Origin: Lingula anatina
Taxonomy: Eukaryota; Animalia; Brachiopoda
NCBI GenBank assembly: GCA_051362555.1
Contig: CM120647.1
Location: forward strand, 15,166,651-15,230,650
Reading direction: 5' to 3'
Length of the DNA: 64,000 nucleotides
The translations under genes and the position numbers were made by a program. Below are positions 38,473-51,000 of the stretch, piece after piece (position 1 is the first letter of the stretch; each line of letters opens with the position of its first letter). The notes under the pieces were generated by a model that worked only from the letters and a program-made list of their open reading frames with translations, did no database searches and had not been told where the DNA came from.

Positions 38473-38885
38473 GCCTATATCAGAAGATTCACTGATATCT
38501 TCAAATTCGATTGAAGAAATGAAGAATGATTTGAGCTGAAGAGAGAATGTCATGGCTTTACTGCTGATGATCAAAATCCATATATTAAAAGCTGTGCGGA
38601 GCAGAAAAACAGAATTAAAACACTGCCAAAATAATATCATTCAAATTTCAGCTGGCAAACTTCTTCGCAGGCGATGAAGACCAAAAGAGGTGGTTCGAGG
38701 GATGTCACATGATGAACCGTATCGGCGCATGCGCAGAAGTTGCCGCCGCCATTGCCTTCCTCTGCAGCAGAGACGCATCTTTCATCACGGGCGCCGATCT
38801 CCCAGTAGATGGCGGCTATACGGCACTAGGCCCTGAAAGGCATGGGAAAGACGGAGCCAAGTTTACGGGCACGATTCCAGAGTAG
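30008..38885 (+). CDS. SDR oxidoreductase copy 5, reading frame intact, 284 aa (exons 30008-30341, 31004-31102, 38207-38394, 38652-38885)
   Basis: Same exon sizes and motifs as copy 4; intron 1 has a GC donor (AAG/GCAAGT); intron 2 holds the BEL element. Confidence 0.85.
30647..30925. mobile_element. Foldback MITE with ~110-bp arms and a 5-bp TSD
   Basis: caggcctacccaactaccagactcggcacat... / ...atgtgccgagtctggtagttgggtaggcatg; TGTAT on both sides; empty site at about 4735 in copy 2. Confidence 0.85.
31884..31901 (+). promoter_or_regulatory. Primer binding site complementary to the tRNA-His 3' end
   Basis: TGGTGCCGTGACCAGGAT just after the 5' LTR; matches the invertebrate tRNA-His(GUG) 3' end as I recall it. 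Confidence 0.8.
31906..37371 (+). CDS. BEL/Pao Gag-Pol polyprotein (DUF1759 gag, three Cys-His knuckles, protease, RT, RNase H, integrase)
   Basis: Uninterrupted ~1820-aa ORF: LPKL..FDG, CAFC..HS..C / CFNC..HS..C / [66 protein letters not shown]. Confidence 0.95.
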   Translation: MAAERNQKLRSANRAQLTKLFQRASSLMSDEPSVENVETLDLTYELIEEKMDYLKTLDERILSKLSDEKMEDGVAEADEFMFSAKEKLRRIRKHKENMQSEERRSEPSISNAPTPTDDPLRSNMKRNYRLPKLILSRFDGNLLQWPAFNDDFVSAIDENETLSTIEKFQFLRAQLDGEAFSTIAGLQLTANNYENAKELLRERYGQTHKIINAFMRALWELPRPNEDIKSLRFFYDRIETFIRGLSSLGKEEQSYGELLIPMILDKLPANTRRQIARAHGNNEWSIADLRSTLKSEIDALQAGEIDGFNQEKSYRPTAAFFTNSNTKKTTNKPKRKLKCAFCKNEHSSITCPVVSEQEKRFEIAKRDNLCFNCLTPNHSSRKCLSKFRCRSCNGKHHTALHAKQNSEPSAAQKAREPPAVEHAASTFTQGSKNQRNVVLLKTAIVEVSNKQTPFQLSATSGVLFDEGATRSFITEELVHKLQLQPTHSEEINLSVFGMDCKQPQTFDIVTISLKTTSKEFVDINAVVVPEISAPLHNLVTRRTANLSHLRNLRLAHTPSDDRSPFFVSVLIGADHYWDFVEDTIVRGPGPTAVASKFGYLLSGPAHSDDYVTANDTAFHVMAKQRNAEDDTLDKFWNLESIGIKDNKQTVQDPSDFQNFQRNYIEKRDDQYVAKLPWKTDHSPLPTNYRNACHRTRNTVRKLPVETRRVYDTIIRNQEKRNFIEKVGDDDTSSGHYLPHRPVKKDSITTPIRIVYDCSAKATPDDPSLNDCLFKGPQLLNDLVGIFLRFRIHNVAITSDIEKAFLNIGLHEDDRDFTKFLWLEDPEDTESKFEVYRFTSVLFGSISSPAILNSVVRLHLDMSENGTAKALKRDIYVDNIVTGTDTSNQAIQMYEESNDLLASAGFNLQSWATNDPKLHNIVEADGVAHADHKNTPMLGMIWDTEQDTLSYKSGEEIPVSQVTKREVISRISRVYDPLGLLAPVIVRGKMFMQELWKAELDWDQTLPPELSETWKEIAADLEQCSLLKVTRQYFSNTKESQQPMELHCFVDASEKAYGCAVYLRNGEQTTLVMSKSRVAPVKTITIPRLELMAAVLGTRLTSFVHDQLKENINIAKCVLWTDSQIVLCWLKSDKHLPLFVRNRVNEIKPSLFNEYRYCPTDDNPADLITRGTTVSSLEIATIWWEGPAWLAHGDWPIGEYNSTVMHLRTERAEFAPLTPSDSLNEQLFKNNPNVIDPTTAVQGHSVETDISDKANNQRMRGNQPLTTKTDISKVIDIGRHGTLPKLLNVTALVLRFVAVMKGKIHKTSSYVITNASPSAEEIINAEEMWIKCVQEKAFYQELDSLKGGKSKSNTVKQLGLFLDSNGIIRLTGRLQNAPLTYDAKHPILLPRRHPFTLLVINDAHKRALHSGMQSTVTSIRQRFWIPRARETVNRVLRKCVICRRLIGRPYASPVAPPLRTFRVHDAPPFTVTGVDFTGALYVKTSTNCEAKAYICLFTCSATRAVHLEVVNDLSTSSFINAFRRFAARRSLPTKMISDNATTFHSAANEINKLFENEDVRRYLSQNRVKWEFIPRRAPWFGGFWERLIGLTKNAMRKTLGRARITLDELHTITSEIEATLNDRPITYVNEGEPLTPSMLLNGRRINTLPCPLTDEDEGLDPTFAPDGKISKERLTKRLKHVQEVNAHFTQRWTSEYLTALRERDNMNGVKQNTVQVGDVVLIHEDIKPRLLWDLGLITKLNYGNDGIVRSATLKTKYGTTNRPITKLYPLEISVDYDTAPDLREVTLSKEITDENVNIPARNTRRAAQQAKENIARWIQELK

Positions 38886-38998
38886 ACGCTGCACCTCTCC
38901 TTCACCTAGAACTAAGCCAAGTTTAACTGTCCTATGGCCCAAATGGTTCCTACCACGTGCCCATTGCCCTTCCATTTTAGAAAATAGGGGAGAATTAA

Positions 38999-39855
38999 CA
39001 GACATGCTGAAACTGTCGGTCCGATCGGTCATGACCGGCAAAATTTTTCTGGACCGGTAAAAAATCGTACTTTTTCGGCCCACAGGACCTACAAGAGTTT
39101 TAAGAGCCGCCATTTTGAATTTACAGTCATCGTTCGATATACTTATACAAGAATAAAATTATATAAAACCCACAACATTTTTTCTTTCATTGACTAATCG
39201 AGCGACACGTAAAAACCGATCACATTTTGTTCACATTCACTAACAAAGTACGCTTGCCAATCGTAGTATCCGTCTCAAACGAATGGGTAACTCCCCATAT
39301 GGAATCCCCCTGCTCTCGATATTACGCGCGCTGTCATTGGTCTATTGGTTGCAACGTACAGACCGTTATCACGAGGGCGGTCCACGCTGCCTAGAACAAA
39401 CATGTCATGGCAAATGTTTACTGCTAAACTTGGACGCCTGACTCATTTCTCAAGAACAATTATTCATATAAAAAGATGGCAATTCTTGAGAAATTATGCG
39501 GTACACGCTGTAGGCCTACTATTGAACTAAAGGACAAAGTGTGAAATTCAAGGACTTTCAAAGGAAGAAACGAATTCAAGCTCTTCTAAAGGCCTGTATG
39601 AACCCTGGAACTTGTGAAATGAGAACAGCAATAAAGCAGTGCTTCATAAGTGTCAGTTTTTGTTTTTAAAATATACAACATGTCCAAATTATTGATAGTA
39701 TAACTGAATATGTAGGCCTATTTACAAGAGTTACTTCTGTGTAGGCCTACTACTTTGTAAACGAAACGTCTCCATATTTAATTTTCGGTCCGGCAAATTT
39801 TTCATCACTGCCGGTCCGAATGCCCAGCAGTTCTGAAACGTTTTCAGCATGTCTG
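38999..39855. mobile_element. hAT-like non-autonomous element in the 3' UTR of SDR copy 5
   Basis: TIR cagacatgctgaaa / tttcagcatgtctg; degenerate ~8-bp flanks (agaattaa / agattatc); the other copies lack it. Confidence 0.7.
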
Positions 39856-40113
39856 AGATTATCTTGCGACACCACATAATTAAATAGTTCGTAGAAAATG
39901 AATAGAAAAACGCCAATAAAATAACTAGGCCTTCTATGTTTAATGCCTCACATAATATGTATTGGATTCATTTTAAATAATTAATTATACTCTCTTCACA
40001 TATACCTTTACAACCAATAATGCACTACTTTTTCGTACTGTATCTTGTTATTCTGCATTGTATTAATTGTACCATGCTGTATAATGATATGAATGTCATA
40101 GTAAAATGCTTAA

Positions 40114-40450
40114 AGTGATAATAACTCTTCGTTTCGGCCAAAAAATGAATTTTCCTGGAGTAAACAACAATTTTCCCATACTTACCAATGGTTAATGAAT
40201 CCATTTTTACATTCAAAGTTAGTCCCTGGTTTTTATCTAAAAAGTTTGGTTTTTTGTTAAAATCTCTTAAGAGATTTTAACAGAGTATAGCCATCAATGG
40301 AGGTCACGTGGTCTAAAGACAAGCTCAGATATCAGAATAATAGCTATAACAGCCGTTTTTGTGGGAAAACAGAATATATTATATTTTTATGAGTCACTCA
40401 CAATGTTTTTATTGTGAAATACAGATTTCATACGAAGAGTTATTATCCCT
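40114..40450. mobile_element. Kolobok-like MITE, reverse copy of 540-876
   Basis: Same internal sequence reversed; TTAA at 40110-40113 and 40451-40454; empty site atgcTTAAcaa at about 1044. Confidence 0.85.
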
Positions 40451-41130
40451 TTAACAATAATAATAAAAGTAGTGCAATTATAGTCTCTTTGAGGTAATTA
40501 TACAGTCACCTAGTATTTCAGAGATTAGCACTTTTTAATGGTTGTATTACAAGCTTTATCCAGACCCTTTGTTGTTGCACAAGCTCTTCAAAGGACGGTT
40601 CACATATTACCCCAAATTAAAATGTATTTCTGCTAGCGTAATCACAGCATGTTCCACATTTCCTTAACAATGGCCAAAGATATTCTTTAGTGTTTTTGCA
40701 CCAAATGTAATTATCCCTCAAGAAAAAAAGTTTATAACTCATGACACGTTGCACTACCAGTTCTACATTGGGTCTGGATCTTTTCTAACGATTCCGATTT
40801 AACTTACTTCTAAACCAAGCATCCTTGTTTCTGACATTCCAAAAGGAAATATCAACATCATTTGATGGATTTTCTAGTTTATGAAGTTTAAATTAGGTAA
40901 GATACGTAGCTACTATATGCAGCATATTTAGACATAAAAAATATGCCTTGGGAACAAATTTGAAATAGGTACAGAATATCTTTAAAACAATGAAACAGAG
41001 TCCAATACACAAGCTTTAAAAGTCAACTGACTGGACGTATGTGATTCACATGTTTTTCCAAGTTTAAATACAAATAATGATGCACAGTCTTAGAACATTA
41101 CATAAATGAGGAAATAATGAAATATTCCTT

Positions 41131-44100
41131 TCATTTGACCTCTCCAACGACGTGTTTCTTTCTCTCTGGTACAAACGGAACAGCGCCTGGCTTGCTATGT
41201 GCTCTTCTGTTAGCCTCCCTGGAAGAGTAAATATATAACTTATGATATTTACTACAAAAACGAAAAAAACAAATTATTTACAAATTAAACAGAATTATAT
41301 CACATTTATTACTTTCTAAAAAGGTCAGTCAGTCAACTTTTCCTAAAGGAACTTAGTGATATAATCAATCTGGTATTATTCAAGTAAGTTTTAAGTTTTG
41401 TCTTCAAATTATGACAGTCACTTATTTTGCAATTTTGGGATTATATACAGAAATGTCCATTGGTGTTTAATAAACTAAAAAAAAACAACAAAATTTATGC
41501 TTAATACTAGGTCATTTCATGTTAATTTTTTTCACAGTTTTCATCATTTAAAGTTTTTAATATGACTATATATATAAATCTTAAACCATTATGAACATAC
41601 TTTCTTTTCTTTGATGTCTTTATCTCTCTTATCTCCTTCGAGGCGTTATAGATCATCTTCGGGACGTGGCGGTGACGGCTGATCCTGCGAACTTGGGGGT
41701 GGTGTGAAAATTTCTCCTTCAGTTTTTCACTATATGCAAAGGCCTCTTTCTCTCTTGGTCTTAGCTGCAGCAAGAAAGAACTGATGTATTAATCGAAAGT
41801 AACTAATGAACAATCTTTTGAAATGAAACTTTACTTCAATTACTTAAATATTAAACAAAAAAGACAAGTGGATAAGTGACAAGTAATTATTATAATATGT
41901 ACATCCATAAACCAATTTTGGAATTCTAAATTTCTTTTTTTCCTAAAATAATTCAGAGTGAAATTCACCTTTCTCAATTTCCATTACAAAACCAACTCAA
42001 AATCTAAAAAGTTAGAATGCGATAACAGGAATTTAATGATTGTAAGTCTATGAACAATTTTGGATATAGTAAACTGCCATGATTAGTAACTTGCCCTGAT
42101 TGAGGGTAACATGTTAAAAACTCTGGCTTACAGTTCATAGCGTGACTTTCAAAATGATACAAGGTCAAGTGAAAAGTATCAAATAAAAACCTTACTATGC
42201 CTTTTTAAAAATAATAATTAATTGTAGATAAAAATAAATAAAATAATTTTAAAACTCACTGCTCCTATTTAAAATTATAAATAATAAAAAAAATATAAAT
42301 AATTAATAAAACTTTCACTACTCCATTAGTGAATAATATAATATATAATAGATGAAATTAATAATAAATAACTTACCACTCCTATTTTCTCTGATGCCCT
42401 CGCCTTCCACACGCGTATGTTCATCTCATCAGAGCCTGACAGAAGATATTTGTTGTCACTGGACCACTTCACGCAAATCACGCGCTGCATGCGCTTCGTG
42501 TGATACACCTCCCTGAAAGGCATATCATTGGCTGCATTCAGAACAGTGGACTAACTAGTCCGTGGGTCAAATATGGCCGACCCACTTGAATACTTCCCCA
42601 CAGGGAATCTATTCAGTGTCTATGAGCAGATTAGACAGCAAGCATTTTAGTGGATAGCCATATTGGCTCTGAATGCAGTCATTATATCTTATAACACAAT
42701 TATCAATAATACAGAGCACAGCAAAACTGATGGAACCACAGGCTTTTAGCTTATAGAGGATGCAAAATGAAAGATCCACATATGTGCAACATATAAACAA
42801 ATAGATATAATTATATAGCATGGTAATTTCAAACATTGCCAGCAATGGGGTGCAATTGCTTCATTTTGAATTGCTTTTCCAGGGTCATCAAAAGAGGGGG
42901 GGGGGGGGGGAGGTAAAGAAGCTATTTTCTTTTCCTTGAATCTTAGCCTCCTGTCCATGTCAACCCACCTGTACAGCCATATAACACTAATACCAGACTT
43001 CTACTAGATTAATTTTTCTATAATCACCAGTTATCATCTTCACACTATTCAAAATTGAATCAGACAAGCAGTTCTCCTAAGACTACTGGTCCAAAGTTGA
43101 AACGGTCAGGGGCAGACAGCATTTTGTTGACTAATTCCAAGATTGTGAACAAAGTGGGAATTTTGACTCCGAGGTCAAAAACCAAAGGTAAAAGGTGAAA
43201 AAATATGTGTTACCTGCTGTGTCCCTTATCAACGGGGAAAATTCTGATGGACTTGTCATAGCTTCCAGACACAAACTCCTTCCCAGTGGGGGAGTAATCA
43301 ACATCCAAAACTGTAATTAAGAAATAACTGTGTTTATCAGGTCTCTTTAACTATATTATGTCACACTGAACATTATGCTTTTAAAATGAAGTCTTACTTA
43401 ATTACAAGTAACCTTAACTTTTTTATCAACTTTACTTGATTGCACAACAAATGATAATATTTTAATATTATGTGAAAACACAAACATCAATTCTAAATTC
43501 AGAATTACCATGATGATCCCTTCTAGCACGAACTGTGACAGTAATCTCACCTCAAGACTATGTAATTCATTTCTAAATAATAGTAAATTAATATGACAAT
43601 AGATGTCAGCACCTACCTGCAGACACGTGGTCCATGTGAATGTTGAGAGGGCGATCAAGTCTCCGCATGTCAAAACTGTACAGACTAGGGGAAAAGTTAA
43701 ATACAGTTAATATGATATATAAAACATTCAGTTCCATTCATTTATTCATAAAAGAAAACATTTCCACTTTGTAGAGTTTTACAATATATTGTATATATAC
43801 TTAGCAAGCAAGAGAAAATGAGAGAAAGACGTACTCGACTCGGTCTAGCTAAAACAATATTTTAAAGGAAAATCTTAATATTGTTGTTTAATTGTTTAAT
43901 TTCACTGTAAAATTATATAGATTCATACTCAATTGCATATTATTTGATAAGGAAAAACTTTCCAAGACTAGGGGATGAGGAGATTATATCCACATACTTG
44001 TAATCCTCATTGGCGGCAGTGAACATGAAAGCCTCCATAGGGTTCCATGCTATGTTATTAGAACGCAGCTTAAGAATCACCTGGAACATAGATGGCACTA

Positions 44101-46326
44101 CTGTTGTTGTCTTTCAACAGGAACTCAAACATTTATAGAATCAAACCATCTTTTCCTGTGAACATTAAGTTCAAAGAGTTCGCCTTGCTGACACATCAAG
44201 ATTTAGCAAAAAAATGGGTTCAGAAAACGAAAAATTCCAAGAATAAAAAAGAAACACATCCCACTTGTCAAATTTTTGACTTCACCAATATTATCCACTC
44301 ACTTCAGCGAAAAAAAAAAAAAAAAAAATACCAAGAGGGTTCAGATAATGGTGAAAAAGCAAAAAACCCTCACCTTCCTTAGAGGCGCAGACCCCCTCAT
44401 GTCATATAGTATGATGCTTCTGTCCGAGGCTGTGGCACCAAGAATATGTGTCTGGAAACAGATTTTTAAAAAATTAAACATAACAAAACTATTCAAGCAA
44501 AATTTTAGCCATAGGATCTGGAGAAGAACTGATAAAGGGGCTATGTGTATTAGAGTGGGGGGGGGGGGGGGGGGGGGCAGACTTCCATGCCAATGTGACC
44601 TTCATCAGTTCGTGTGTGTGTGTGTGTGTGTGTTTACTCCTGTTAGTGTATCCACATCATACCTCTATGGGGTTAAATTTGACACTGTTCAGACTGTCCA
44701 CACCCCAGGTGAATGACCTCATGGGCTCTGACCGCTCCTCGTCCCAAATGTCCATTTGTTGACCCGCTGTGGCGAAGACATTGTCCTGCCAGTGGTGGTC
44801 CATGGCATGGAAGATTGTCTGGAGAAAAAGGAAGAAAGAATAAAGTACAGAAGAAACAATATTCCTATCAACTACACACCATGACTGGCATATGTACAGA
44901 TATATTAAACAAAAGCTTTCAAAGGTGAAGATTCTGTGTCGTGAGACTCTAGGGAAGATAACGTTGTTTTAAATTCTCTGATTAAAATTTTTGAAATTGT
45001 TATAAATGTACACATGAACAAATCAAAAACTTTCAAAGATGAAGATTCTGAGTCATGAGACTCTAGGGAAGATAACATTGTATTGAATTCTCTGATTAAA
45101 ATTTTTGAAACTGTCATAAATATACACTTGAACAAAACAGGGTAAGGGGACCAGATTCTATTAAATATGTCACCCACCTTGCCCAGGATTGTGTTGGTTG
45201 GCTGCATGTGTTCCCCATAACCAGGTTCTTCCATGCTCCACTGCTTAATTATCTTGTCATCTCCACACTGGAAATACATTTTCTTAATCACTGTTTTAGG
45301 TTTCATTATTTTTACCATTGCTCTTTCCTTTTCAGTTGCATGAAATAAGGTAACCATTTTACTTAAACATTTTCTGTAAAATCAGTAACACAAGAAGATA
45401 CAATTCTTTATCTAACGTTTGATTTACCATAGCATACATGGCGTCTAAAGGGCATACGTAATGTAAAGGTATTTTGTATTTAGCTATAAATTGTGATTTA
45501 AGTATACACACTTACTGAATAAAAATAATCTCCACTTGGGTTATAACACATGCCCCGCACATAGCCTTCATGAGCAGCTACAGCACGCACACACTCTCTC
45601 TTTGGTAGGTTCCAAAGACGAATCTGAAAATATATTTTAGACAATAAATAGAATACAATCAAGATGGAAGGTGTCTCAAGAAAGATTTTCAATAAATATA
45701 TGACTTTCTTATTCATGCTATCTTATCAACAGTTTGAATGAAACAGCAGAATATTACCCATTTTGATACATCAGAACATCATATCTATAAACTGATCAGG
45801 ACTATTTTACTGCTATGAAATTTATAATAAAATAACAAAACTAGCGGATACATTCAAGATGCAAGAATTCTCCATCATGCTTTATTTTATCACCAGTCTG
45901 AATATTAAATTGCACTCACCTCTCCATCATAAGACCCAGACAGTAATAATGACAGACTAGTCGGATGTTTACACATACAGTGTACACCGTCCCGGTGTCC
46001 ATCCAGTGACCCAAGAAACGGCTTTGCAAACACCCGCTCTAACTTCGTTGCATTAAGAGCACGTGTGTACTCTCTTGGGGCCTCGAAAGGATGCAGAGCT
46101 GGGTCATAATTTCTTGGCACTGAATTGCCATAAAAGAAAGTTCACTTGTAATTACTATTTATTATTCAATTGGTGGGTTACCAACAAAATCGAATCATTT
46201 CTGGTGTATCCTGATTATTAAAATTGAAATCTGTCTGTAACTTTTTGACTTAGGCTTTTATTTAGATAATGCAACAAACCAGCAAATGAAAAAACATAGC
46301 CCCCTTGGTGAAAGTAAAAAAGATAA

Positions 46327-46370
<44 letters not shown>

Positions 46371-46828
46371 CAATTAGTATTAAATCTTAGATCATAAATC
46401 TGTTTGACCTCAAATTTACTGATTTCATAATAAAGAAGGGTGTCATATTCTGGACTTAGACATGAACAAGTAAAATTTTTGGTCAATAAACTAAAAATGG
46501 CATAAATTTTAATTTTACTTTGATAATGACATAATAATTATGCAGAATTCATATCAAGAGGTACTGTAATCAAATGATTTATTGTTCGTGAAGCAAACTT
46601 TATCTGAATTTGACCTTAAACAAAAGAAAACATTTTCCGACAAAATGAAAACATTTGTTCATGGAATAAAAATTAAATGCATTTTCATATTTCACGTGGC
46701 ACCAATTTCTGTTGAACCGTCTTATTAATTAGTTGCACTTGCAGGCAGTATTTCTTACATTTTTGTATATCCCGCTTGGTTTCTCGCCGAAAATCATCTG
46801 GATTTCTAGAGAGAACCTTGACCTTCAT
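41131..46828 (-). CDS. DCAF13: DDB1- and CUL4-associated factor 13 / Sof1 WD40 protein, 445 aa; exons 46759-46828, 45920-46119, 45516-45623, 45178-45267, 44663-44818, 44374-44451, 43998-44080, 43617-43684, 43214-43310, 42377-42512, 41601-41764, 41131-41218
   Basis: MKVKVLSRNPDDF..RETK, PRNYDPALHPFEAPREYTRALNATKLERVFAKPF, EVYHTKRMQRV, RRISRHRHVPK, RRAHSKPG; GT-AG introns; exons sum to 1338 nt. Confidence 0.96.
44905..45135. repeat. Intronic tandem duplication of about 115 bp
   Basis: Two copies of ctttcaaag.tgaagattctg.gtc.tgagactctagggaagataac...aaaatttttgaaa. Confidence 0.8.
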
Positions 46829-47434
46829 TTTATCTTCTTAGTTAACACAATAACTCACTCTCAAACAGGAAACAATGTTTTTACCACAATTTTCAGCATG
46901 TTTGAAAACCGGAAAACGTGTTGTAAAAACTGGGTCAAGTTTTTATCCACTTTCAAGTCTCCATTCACGAAAGAGCTTAAAGACAAGAAACGTGTGGTGA
47001 ATCGAAGAGGCAGCTAAGAGGTTCGATTTATTTTGGATTTAGAGGCAGATAAGCTTAATTTTGTTATAAGCATAGTTTTAAATTAAGGTAATCTGTGTGA
47101 TCTTACTTAATTCTTGTATTTTTTTTGTTTTGATCCATATAATGGTAAGCACAGGCCCTCAGAGTATTAAAATTTCAAAGGCCAAACCGCAAACGCTACA
47201 GTACAGTCTATGGTATCCTTCATCAGTATCAGTTCCTGAGAAGTTAGAGTAGAAGTTACAGTTTATCACGAATAATCATGCTTTAATTAGTGTTTGTTAC
47301 ACTAGTACTAAAGCAAGTATAGAAGGCAAAGATATTATTCGTCATGCTTGTAATTTTACTCTGCTTTGTTTCCATTTTCAGTATTCTAAATATTATATTT
47401 AAAATTAAATGGTACATAGACTAATAATACCAGT
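46829..47434. promoter_or_regulatory. Putative bidirectional promoter and 5' UTR region shared by DCAF13 and TSEN2
   Basis: Start codons are divergent and about 600 bp apart; an ETS-like ccggaa at about 46910; probable TSEN2 5' UTR intron (ag/gtaat at about 47088, acceptor at about 47381). Confidence 0.6.
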
Positions 47435-47977
47435 ATGGATAGAAGTGCACAAAGAGCTCCGAAACGCAAGCGCTGGTGCCGATTACAGAAGGAGGCCCCA
47501 TTCCCTATTCCAATAGCAACTATAACTAATGAACCAGCAAGTGCCAGAAATTGGTATTATTATGAAGGTGAGAAATACCTTTCAGATTGGCAAGAAGCCT
47601 AATTGTTAATATAAAAAATCCTTTCATCACACCATTATTACCTTGCATCAGCATCATTATTATTGTCTAAGCTCTTATTTGATGTCATTCTTGAAAAATT
47701 TTACATTCACTAAAATATATTATTCATGATGTGTTTTTCAGCCCAAAAGTGCATAGAAGATAAACATTGATATTCAACCATATTTTGTTTATATCCCTCA
47801 GGTGAACTTGTGGGCACATCAGTGTTCATCAAGCACAGTGGGGACATGAAACTTATCTACAATATGGTAAGGCGTTACTCATATACTATCAATGTAGTAG
47901 TTCAAGAGTAATTTTGAGCCAAAAATGTGGAGGCAGTGGACAGAATAGATCCTAGAACAGGGTGTGTGTGTGTGTGG

Positions 47978-48055
<78 letters not shown>

Positions 48056-51000
48056 GTGTGTAAATGTATATTTTTTGATATTCAATATATAGCAATGTGT
48101 GTGTGTGTGTGACAGAGAGAGAGAGAGAGAGAGCTAAAGAGAGCTACAGTGAGAGAGAAAGAGAGATTTTGTGTGGTTTTGTCTATATACTCCTAAACAC
48201 ATAAATGTCACTTGTGTGAGTGAGATATACCAGTATATATATAGTGGTTTATATAGGAGAGAGAGAGAGAGAGTAATGTGTGTTAGTTGAGATGATTTTG
48301 AATAGATCACATCTAAAACAATCCTCTTTTATTAAACCAAAAGATAAGCATTAGTACTATATATATCACATATATCATACAATTTTTCCACAAAGTACTA
48401 GTAGTTTTACAGTTTCATATCTTGCATATTTTAGGGTTTCTTTGGGAAGGGAACCACTTCTCGCTGGGGCATCAGAAGTTTACAGAGCCAGGCTAGACAA
48501 GACAGGGACACTTTGCAAGTTATGAAGAAACACAGGTACAGGATTTACGTAGCATTTCAGTATTAGTGGACATCCAGTTAAGGTAATATTTCATTCAGTA
48601 CAGATGCATATTTTTAGGAATTTTAAAATTTATTACCTAGCTGACAGTGTTTGTCAGTAGATGATGACTATACAGGGCCAGAGGCAGGGTGGGGTGGGGG
48701 AGGGGGGATTTAGGGTGGGGTGGGGGAGGGTGTGGGGAGTTGCAATGGCAGTTGACAAGGCAAACTGGTGCTACACACAAATATGCACTGCTTTATATAT
48801 ACGAAAAGGCCCAGATTTAAATTTGATCTATACAGTATGGGATAGAAACCAAGGACAGGTGCACTTCTCAGCAATATTTCTTCATACACAAAGTGACTAT
48901 AATAAAACTTTCTTTATGACAGATTATAACAGTACAATTTATAGCAGTTAACATGACATTGAATTTTTTATTATTCTTCATATTTTGCATATCAATGTCC
49001 AATCATTTTCAAAATAGACTCTGAGTCAGTAATTTTTCACTTTGCAAGCCAAATAGAACTAGGCTCTTTTAGTCGATGAATCAACTTCAACTGTCCAGCC
49101 TGACTGTCAGGTCAAGTTTTCGTTGTTGGTGCCTGGTTTTCGTTGCCATATTTAGCTAGCAGGGCAACAATACCGCCCCCTTTAGGCATGCACATACAGT
49201 CTTCTTGGGCGGCATCTCTGGGACAGGGTTTCCAGTTGTACTGGAGGCAGTGCATCACGCCACAGCAGCCATCTTGTTTTTTGCCACACGGTTTGCCTTG
49301 TGGGATGCGATTATGGCACTGGAAGGATATAAATTACGGATGTTTTACTAAGTCTTCATATTCTTTGTAGCCTGATCAATACAGATTAATAATACAAATG
49401 TTTATGTTTAATACATTTCATTTTGTATTGATTGAAATACGTTTTAAGTACAGATTACCAGTAAAAGCATCCCAAAATTTAAAAAATTAACAATGATATT
49501 AGGTTAAGAATAATGCAGTTATACCAATTTACACCAGTAAAGGCCCCCTGAAATAAAAAATTAACAATGGTATTAGATTAAGAAAAAATGCAGTTAGGAG
49601 ATTTTTCTGTCTATTGGCAGATTTCTGACTTTCTGGGACCCCAAAATATCATTTTTGAGATGCAGAGGGCCCCCTGGATCCCACGCCATATTTTCAAAAT
49701 TTTTCACTAAATGGCATTCTCATCCCTGAAAATGGCTATGATTTTGCCATAAATTTTCAGAACCATCTTCTTATAAAATATCTTTAACTTTTTTATGTCT
49801 TTTTTCATTGTATACCACTGATTTATCCTTTCTCTGTGAGTGCCTCAATAAATGATAATAAAATTTAATACAACAAAGTCAGACATTGGGTTTCAGCGCT
49901 TGAATGATTCCATAAAGATCAAGATTAAAATAAATCCATTTCCACGGATTCTACAGCAAGTTGTGCACTGATGATTAAAAATCAATAGTTTTCTTTTGCT
50001 GTGAATTTTTTTTTTTTTTAAGTTCAATATCACAGCATTTAAGATGGCACATTGGAGACTTACCAATGTAAATATAAGAAGAGTAAACACTTACAGATTT
50101 CACATTTAGCTAAACTCACAAGGCCTAATTTTGAAAAATTGTTTCAATGTGGAATATGATTATTTAAAAAAAGTAAGGGGATTTGAATTAATTCCTTGCT
50201 TCTGTTGCTTTTTTTCAGCAAAGAATTGTCTAGAGGAATATCTTCAATCATTTATCACTTTAAACAGAACTTAAATTTTATCATCAGTCTTTTCATGGAC
50301 GTCTTCATTTTTGAAATATTTAATCTTATTCTTTTTTTTTTTCATAATTAATATACATTATCTCTTATAAATTATTCTTCCAGATTTTCTTTCTGCAATG
50401 TGCAAACATCTTGAAAAAAGTCAGACATTTTATTTATCACTTGATACAAAATAAATCACTTATCACTATAACGGGACATTTTTCAAGTAGTAAATGATTG
50501 AACATGTCCCTCTTGTTTTTAAGGGATATTAGAACCACAGTCTGAATGACAGAAGCCATTTATAGTTATAAATTATTCAGATGTGCGGAAAAGCTAATGG
50601 CAGTATGGGAACTTGTCATGGGATAGCAGAGTCACTCTACTGTTTGATCTCTTAAACTCTAATCTTGTAATGGAATAATGGTACTGGTTTATTAAGTTAA
50701 TGTTTTGCCTTGTCAAGTTAAGTTGATCAATTATACGCTGCGTGCTCGTGTCAGGAGGAAAGGGTTCTCAGATATTTTGGTTCAAAAAATGTCGAATGAG
50801 CATCAGTACTGTTCCTAAAGAAAGAGGGGATTGGTTTTTTCTGTTCATTAGTGGACAAGAGCAAAAGAGCAAGAAAAAAAAAAAAAAGAAGAAAAAAAAA
50901 AAAAACACCAGTAACTGCAGACTCCAAAAATAACAAAATATACATCATTACCTCTGTCAAAGAAAGAGCTTAATATGTAGTTGCTGGTATTTTTTTGTCA

